Shown: positions 10,305 through 16,945 of the stretch, piece after piece | Layout: the number at the start of each line of letters is the position of its first letter | How positions within the stretch are numbered: the first letter of the stretch is position 1 | Assembly (NCBI RefSeq): GCF_006345805.1 | Contig: NW_021825044.1 | Coordinates: forward strand, 1-16,945 | Origin: Octopus sinensis | Lineage: Eukaryota | DNA length: 16,945 nucleotides | Reading direction: 5' to 3' | Made by a program: the position numbers and the translations under genes | Notes under the pieces: generated by a model | The model's database searches: none | Told to the model about the DNA's origin: nothing | What the model saw: only the letters and a program-made list of their open reading frames with translations

Positions 10305-10695
10305 GTGGAGGCGCAATGGCCCAGTGGTTAGGGCAGCGGACTCGCGGTCGTAGGATCGCGGTTTCGATTCCCAGACCGGGCGTTGTGAGTGTTTATTGAG
10401 CGAAAAACACCTAAAGGCTCCACGAGGCCCCAGCAGGGGATGGTGGTGATCCCTGCTGTACTCTTTCACCACAACTTTCTCTCACACTTACTTCCTGTTT
10501 CTATTGTACCTGTATTTCAAAAGGCCGGCCTTGTCACTCTCTGTGTCACGCTGAATATCCCCGAGAACTACGTTAAGGGTGCACGTGTCTGTGGAGTGCT
10601 CAGCCACTTACATGTTAATTTCACGAGCAGGCTGTTCCGTTGATTCGGATCAACCGGAACCCTCGTCGTCGTAACCGACGGAGTGCTTCCAAAAA
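10305..10695 (+). mobile_element. Full-length tRNA-derived SINE (octopus OR-type family, tentative), monomer 1 of a dimer
   Basis: Box A tggcccagtggt (10317-10328), box B ggtttcgattcc (10360-10371), an internal hairpin cagcaggg...ccctgctg, 3' hairpins and a short A5 tail. The family name is recalled, not verified. Confidence 0.9.
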
Positions 10696-11049
10696 GGGCA
10701 GCGGACTTGCGGTCATAGGATCGCGGTTTCGATTCCCAGACCGGGCGTTGTGAGTGTTTATTGAGCGAAAGCACCTAAAAGCTCCACGAGGCCCCTGCAG
10801 GGGATGGTGGTGATCCCTGCTGTACTCTTTCACCACAACTTCCTCTTTCTGTTGTACCTGTATTTCAAAGGGCCGGCCTTGTCACTCTCTGTGTCACGCT
10901 GAATATCCCCGAGAACTACGTTAAGGGTACACGTGTCTGTGGCGTGCTCAGCCACTTACACGTTAATTTCACGAGCAGGCTGTTCCGTTGATTCGGATCA
11001 ACCGGAACGCTCATCGTCGTAACTGACGGAGTGCTAAGAGAGAGAAGAG
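10696..11049 (+). mobile_element. 5'-truncated second monomer of the same SINE, with (AG)n tail
   Basis: Starts at the position equivalent to 10331 of monomer 1, so it lacks box A. It has a 16-bp deletion (tctctcacacttactt) between actt microhomologies and roughly a dozen substitutions. Confidence 0.92.
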
Positions 11050-11112
11050 ACTCCTATGTGGTCATCGAATACGTGAATGATTAAAATCAAAGATAAATCA
11101 TTGTGCTGGTGC

Positions 11113-11299
11113 TTTACTCTTTTTACTTGTTTCAGTCATTTGACTGTGGCCATGCTGCAGCACCGCCTATTAGTCGAGCAAATCGACCCCAGGACTTATT
11201 CTTTGTAAGCCCAGTACTTATTCAATTGGTCTCTGTTTGCCGAACAAGCCAGCATCGGTTATCAAGCGATGTTGGGGTGGGACAACCACACACACACAA

Positions 11300-11300
<1 letters not shown>
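11113..11300 (-). mobile_element. 3' half of the microsatellite-containing CORE-type SINE, head absent
   Basis: Reverse complement of 11900-12106 (e.g. gtttcagtcatttgactgtggccatgctgcagcaccgcct...tagtcgagcaaatcgac), with about 23 bp missing after gccgaac. Confidence 0.88.
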
Positions 11301-11350
<50 letters not shown>

Positions 11351-11470
11351 TATATGCATATATGTATATATATATATATACACACGCATATATATGTATA
11401 TATAGCTATCTATATATATATATATAATATATAAATATATGTATATATACATACTGTGTTACTTTGTATA

Positions 11471-11674
11471 TGTGTTTTGTCTACCATCCTCGTTTGACAA
11501 CCGGTGTAGGTGTGTTTTTGTCCCAGTGAATTAGCAGTTCAGCAAAAAGTGTCTGATAGAATAAGTACAAGGCTTAAAAGCCAGGTTCTGGGGTCGATTT
11601 GTTCTACTAGAAGTCTTCAAGGCAGCGCTCCAGTGTGGCCGCAGTCAAATATCTGAAACGAGTAAAAGAGTAAA
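11471..11674 (+). mobile_element. Diverged 3' half of the same SINE family, head absent
   Basis: ttgacaaccggtg...gatagaataagtac...ggggtcgatttgttc...ggccgcagtcaaat...gagtaaaagagtaaa aligns with 11920-12106. Confidence 0.85.
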
Positions 11675-11686
11675 TATATATGTATA

Positions 11687-12106
11687 GGCGCAGGAGTGGC
11701 TGTGTGGTAAGTAGCTTGCTTACCGACCACATGGTTCCGGGTTCAGTCCCACTGCATGACACCTTGGGCAAGTGTCTTCTGCTATAGCCTCGGGCCGACC
11801 AAAGCCTTGTGAGAGGATTTGGTAGATGGAAACTGAAAGAAGCCCGTCGTATATATATATATATATATATATAATGTGTGTGTGTGTATATGTTTGTGTG
11901 TCTGCGTTTGTCCCTCTAGCATTGCTTGACAACCGATGCCGGTGTGTTTACGTCCCCGTCACTTAGCGGTTCGGCAAAAAAGGGACCGATAGAATAAGTA
12001 CTGGACTTACAAAAAGAATAAGTTCCGGCGTCGATTTGCTCGACTAAAGGCGGTGCTCCAGCATGGCCGCAGTCAAAATGACTGAAACAAGTAAAAGAGT
12101 AAAAGA
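11687..12106 (+). mobile_element. Full-length tRNA-derived CORE-like SINE with internal (TA)n(TG)n linker (octopus OK/OR2-type, tentative)
   Basis: Box A tggctgtgtggt (11697-11708), box B ggttcagtccc (11740-11750), CORE-like accttgggcaagtgtcttct, an internal microsatellite at about 11850-11900, and a gtaaaagagtaaaag tail. An inverted homolog lies at 16123-16507. Confidence 0.92.
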
Positions 12107-12265
12107 GAGAGAGTGTGTGTGTGTGTGTGTGTGTAAGACCCCCGGAAAAAAAACCAGAAGGAAAAATTCCGGTTGTCCCTGTCAGAGAGTCGTAAGAATT
12201 ATTTTAACAATCTGATTATCTCTAAATACTGCGGTTGGGAAACATGGAAAGAGGATAAGACCCAG

Positions 12266-12267
12266 CC

Positions 12268-12313
<46 letters not shown>

Positions 12314-12316
12314 TTA

Positions 12317-12359
<43 letters not shown>

Positions 12360-12416
12360 TCCAGGAATTGACTACAGAAGAAAATATAACATATATATGT
12401 CCATATATTCACTGCG

Positions 12417-12466
<50 letters not shown>

Positions 12467-12538
12467 TTATATGGATAGCAAGAAAAAATTTGTCTTGTGG
12501 GGTTAATAATCCCTATTTTTTTAAAGATAAGAACTTAC

Positions 12539-12581
<43 letters not shown>

Positions 12582-12704
12582 TCCATCTATAATCTATATA
12601 TCTATTTATTTATCAATCTATCGATTTATCTTTATATCTCTCTACCGCTCTGTCTCTCTCTCTGTATATATATATATTATATATATATATATATATTATA
12701 TATA

Positions 12705-12751
<47 letters not shown>

Positions 12752-13017
12752 GTTATATATATATGTGTATATAATATGTATATATATATATACATGTATA
12801 TAGCTGTTTGTTTGCATGTCTGTCTAGCTGTGTATTCTGTCTGTGTATCTACGTATCTATATATCTATCTGTCTGTCTGTCCGTCTATATAATTATATTA
12901 CCTACCTATATACACAAATATATATTGCATTAATTTTTTTATAAACATATTTATGTACATTTAGTTTATACAACTATACCAATGTCTATATATATATATA
13001 GATATATATAAACACAC

Positions 13018-13066
<49 letters not shown>

Positions 13067-13143
13067 GCATATATATATATATTATACATCCATATATATA
13101 AATTATAGTGTTCCTAACCCTTTAAGCAATCTCATTTTTTTTC

Positions 13144-13185
<42 letters not shown>

Positions 13186-13326
13186 GCATATATATACACA
13201 TGCATATATTTACACATGCAAATATGTACTAAGGTACACGCATCCACACACATCCATTCACACATATACAGACAAAACCATCCATTTCCATACACACACA
13301 CAACCACACCCTATACACCCCCACAA

Positions 13327-13372
<46 letters not shown>

Positions 13373-13380
13373 TGTATATA
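12266..13380. repeat. Compound (TA)n/(TGTC)n/(TATC)n/(CA)n region with small unique islands
   Basis: Direct inspection. Confidence 0.85.
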
Positions 13381-13748
13381 TAGACAAGAGTAGCATGGAG
13401 AGCCGTGACGTACCTCGAACCGGCTTTGATGTTGACATGGCATGACACGGGATGAAAGATGCTGCAAAATCTTGTTTTAAACTAAGCAGCTTTTACAATT
13501 TTTCGCCTCACTACGCGCAGTTGGATCGGTTTAAAAGATCTTGTTGTTTGGGAGTTTACCTATCTTGCCTGGCTCAACCTCTCCAGATTTTGCTCTCCGC
13601 CTCGTCTCTCTATCTGCCTCTGTATCGCTCTGTCTGTCAGTCTCTCTCTTTCTCTCTCTTTCTCTCTGCTTCTGTAGCTGTCTATCTGTCTGTATTCTGT
13701 CTGATTATCTGTGTCTAACTGGGCCTGTTGTAGAACTGTTTCAATGTT

Positions 13749-13757
13749 TATCTATCC

Positions 13758-13849
<92 letters not shown>

Positions 13850-13882
13850 GTTTGTCTATCTATCTACCTATTTATCTATCTA
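13749..13882. repeat. (TATC)n microsatellite, 5' flank of Tx1-like copy 2
   Basis: Direct inspection. Confidence 0.93.
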
Positions 13883-14014
13883 TGTCCTCTTTCTTTCCCT
13901 TTACGATCCCTTTTGATCGAAAACCAAACCCCCTTTTTTTACCCCCCAAAGAAAAGCTCTACCTTGTAATTTGTCCTGTCTGTGTGCAGCCCTGTGTGGC
14001 TAATAAAGAAACAT
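13883..14014 (+). mobile_element. Extremely 5'-truncated (132-bp) copy of the Tx1-like LINE 3' end
   Basis: tgtcctctttctttccctttacgatcccttttgatcga...aaagaaaagctctaccttgtaatttgtcctgtctgtgtgcagccctgtgtggctaataaagaaacat is the reverse complement of 631-801, apart from the variable T/C-rich block. AATAAA is at 14002-14007. Confidence 0.92.
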
Positions 14015-14344
<330 letters not shown>

Positions 14345-14497
14345 TTTACCGGTGTGTGTGTTAAATTATAAGGCACTGAAAGAAAATGACTCTCCTCAGA
14401 CACAACAGAATATGCTTCAACGCACGAACTCACATAGAGTATCTTGCAAACCAAATCCAAAAGCGAAATATATAGTCGAAATTTCTAGAAAAACAAA

Positions 14498-14628
14498 AGA
14501 CGAAGACAGGTGTATAAACAACAAGCAGGTGTATTAATTGACGGTCGGGAAGATGAGAAGGTCTGTTACGTTTCGGGCCTACAGTAGAATTTGAACTCAT
14601 AACGTAACTGCAGACGAAAAACCGCTAA
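14498..14628 (-). mobile_element. Composite of small repeat fragments: possible Penelope-like terminal piece (about 14498-14582) plus a tRNA-SINE head fragment (about 14583-14628)
   Basis: acgtttcgggcct resembles the ...CGAAACGT ends of Penelope-like repeats, and gaatttgaactc (14587-14598) is a reverse box B (gagttcaaattc). Both are recognised by resemblance only. Confidence 0.35.
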
Positions 14629-14663
14629 CTGTTTCTGTCTGTCTGCCTGTCTGTTTATCCAAC

Positions 14664-16021
14664 CAGCTATTATCGTCTGCTTGGCAGCTAGCTATTATCG
14701 TCTGCTTGGCCGCTAGCTATTATAGTCTGCCTGGCAGCTAGCTGTTATCGTCTGCTTGGCAGCTAGCTATTATCGTCTGCTTGGCGGTTAGCTATTATCG
14801 TCTGCTTGGTAGCTAGCTATTATCGTCTGCTTGGCCGCTAGCTATTATCGTCTGCTTGGCAGCTAGCTATTATCGTCTGCTTGGCAGCTAGCTATTATTG
14901 TCTGCTTGGCGGTTAGCTATTATCGTCTGCTTGGTAGCTAGCTATTATTGTCTGTTTGGCAGCTAGCTATTATCGTCTGCTTGGCAGCTAGCTATTATCG
15001 TCTGCTTGGCAGCTAGCTATTATCGTCTGCTTGGTAGCTAGCTATTATCGTCTGCTTGGTAGCTAGCTATTATCGTCTGCTTGGTAGCTAGCTATTATCG
15101 TCTGCTTGGCAGTTAGCCTTTATCGTCTGCTTGGTAGCTAGCTATTATCGTCTGTTTGGCAGCTAGCTATTATCGTCTGCTTGGTAGCTAGCTATTATCG
15201 TCTGCTTGGCAGCTAGCTATTATTGTCTGTTTGGCAATTAGCTATTATCGTCTGCTTGGTAGCTAGCTATTATCGTCTGCTTGGCAGCTATCTATAATCG
15301 TCTGCTTGGCAGCTAGTTATTATCGTTTGTTTGGTAGCTAACTATTATCGTCTGCTTGGTAGCTAGCTATTATCGTCTGCTTGGTAACTAGCTATTATCG
15401 TCTGCTTGGCAGCTAGCTATTATCGTCTGCTTGGTAGCTAGCTATTATCGTCTGCTTGGCAGTTAGCTATTATTGTCTGCTTGGTAGCTAGCTATTATCG
15501 TCTGCTTGGCAGCTAGCTATTATCGTCTGCTTGGCAGCTAGTTATTATCGTTTGTTTGGCAGCTAGCTATTATCGTCTGCCTTGTAGCTAGCTATTATCG
15601 TCTGTTTGGTATCTAGCTATTATCGTCTGCTTGGTAGCTAGCTATTATCGTCTGTTTGGCAGCTAGCTTTTATCGTCTGCTTGGCAGCTAGCTATTATCG
15701 TCTGCTTGGCAGCTAGTTATTATCGTCTGTTTGGCAGCTAGCTATTATCGTCTGCCTTGTAGCTAGCTATTATCGTCTGTTTGGTATCTAGCTATTATCG
15801 TCTGCTTGGTAGCTAGCTATTATCGTCTGTTTGGCAGCTAGCTATTATCGTATGCTTGGCAGCTAGCTATTATCGTCTGTTTGGCAGCTAGTTATTATCG
15901 TCTGCTTGCTAGCTAGCTATTATCGTCTGCCTTGTAGCTAGCTATTATCGTCTGCTTGGCAGCTAACTATTATCGTCTGCTTCGCAGCTATCTATTGTCT
16001 GCTTGGTAGCTAGCTATTATC
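14664..16021. repeat. 25-bp minisatellite, about 54 copies, consensus AGCTAGCTATTATCGTCTGCTTGG(C/T)
   Basis: Strict 25-bp phase from 14661 to 15985, then one 22-bp unit and a partial unit. The period is not a multiple of 3 and units contain stop codons, so it is non-coding. Confidence 0.98.
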
Positions 16022-16122
16022 ATCTCCCTATCTGTCTATACAGATGTATTTCTGTTTATCTATCTGTCTCCCCCGCTTTCCCTATCTATCTCCCTCTCGT
16101 TTATATGTATATATATATATAT

Positions 16123-16507
16123 TATTTTACTTTTTTCAGTCATGTAACTGTGGCCATGATGGAGCACCGCCTTTAGCCGAACAAATCGACGCCAGAGCTT
16201 ATTCTTTGTAAACCTAGTACATATTCTCTCGAGCTCTTGCGACGACCTGCTAAGTTACGGGGACGTAAACACCAACATCAATTGTCAAGCGATGGTGGGG
16301 GACAAACACAGACACACAAACACATATATATATATATATATATACGATGGGCTTCTTTCAATTTCCGTCTTTCAAATCCACTCACAATGCTTTGGTCAGC
16401 CCGAGGCTATAGTAGAAGACACTTGTCCAAGGGGCCACGCAGTGGGACTGAACCCGGAGCCATGTGGTCGGTTAGCAAGCTACTTACCACACAGCCATTC
16501 CTATGCC
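16123..16507 (-). mobile_element. Full-length copy of the microsatellite-containing CORE-like SINE
   Basis: Reverse complement of 11687-12106, including the head (ggcataggaatggctgtgtggtaag), box B and a shorter internal (TA)n linker. Confidence 0.92.
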
Positions 16508-16531
16508 TTATTATTATTATTATTATTATTA

Positions 16532-16590
<59 letters not shown>

Positions 16591-16660
16591 GTTGTTGTTG
16601 TTGTTGTTGTTGTTGTTTTATTATTATTATTATTATTATTATTACTGTTATTATTTTTAT
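16508..16660. repeat. (TTA)n/(TTG)n tract, probably the (AAT)n tail of the adjacent element
   Basis: Direct inspection. Confidence 0.9.
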
Positions 16661-16945
16661 TGAGTGAGAGAGCAGTGGATGCCATCAAAGTGACACTGGG
16701 GTAAAATATACGAAGCCCAGTTTACCCATCATGACTACCCTGATAAGGGTACACCAAGCACATGCATCATAACCATATGTGCACAACATGGTGATCTCAT
16801 ATCAAGATAAACAGCGCATGACCTTGCAGGTGGGGCCCAATTAGAATTTTCTTCAGGTTGAGTAGCCCATTCTGCTCAAAAGGTCCCTGAATAAGGGTTG
16901 TTTAAGGATGTTGAAAGAACCACCTATGTTTCCAGAGGTGAATTA
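16661..16945 (-). mobile_element. Probable 3' end of another interspersed retroelement, running off the window
   Basis: The minus strand ends ...cactgctctctcactcaataaaaataataac and passes into a long (AAT)n tail, as many non-LTR elements do. I recall this sequence as an abundant octopus repeat but cannot verify the family. Confidence 0.5.

Noticed and set aside
10305-10380. Possible genuine tRNA gene (also 11687-11760)
   Set aside because: Boxes A and B are present, but there is no proper acceptor stem or canonical anticodon arm, and the sequence continues into a repeated SINE body.
12134-12263. 8-bp direct repeat taagaccc flanking 114 bp (possible hAT TSD)
   Set aside because: No terminal inverted repeats inside; one 8-mer match in a region this size is plausible by chance.
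2647-13380. Z-DNA or cruciform potential of the many (TG)n and (TA)n tracts
   Set aside because: A generic property of such tracts, with nothing locus-specific to support a function.
14540-14590. Possible Penelope-associated hammerhead ribozyme (minus-strand ...gcccGAAACgt)
   Set aside because: The CUGANGA core and stem II are missing because the fragment is interrupted by other sequence.
14664-16021. CRISPR-like array
   Set aside because: Units are directly tandem with no unique spacers, there are no cas genes, and the context is eukaryotic.

Overview
This is non-coding, repeat-saturated animal DNA, most likely from a coleoid cephalopod (Octopus-like). That assignment is inferred from the tRNA-derived SINE types and the extreme microsatellite density, not from a database search. 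No intact host protein-coding gene is supported: almost all ORFs in the track are translations of (GATA)n, (TA)n, (TG)n, (CAT)n, (ACC)n, (AAC)n or (CTT)n tracts. The real content is: (1) a frameshifted, 5'-truncated Tx1/L1-clade LINE (631-1928, minus) and a 132-bp second copy (13883-14014, plus), both embedded in same-orientation (TATC)n with matching junctions, suggesting a GATA-microsatellite-targeting retrotransposon; (2) a mariner-derived MITE; (3) about ten tRNA-SINE copies or fragments, including a head-to-tail dimer flanked by one target-site duplication and a head-less inverted pair of SINE 3' halves; (4) a 184-bp near-perfect hairpin; (5) a 25-bp minisatellite with 125-bp and 175-bp higher-order periodicity; (6) a small CpG-rich promoter-like island.
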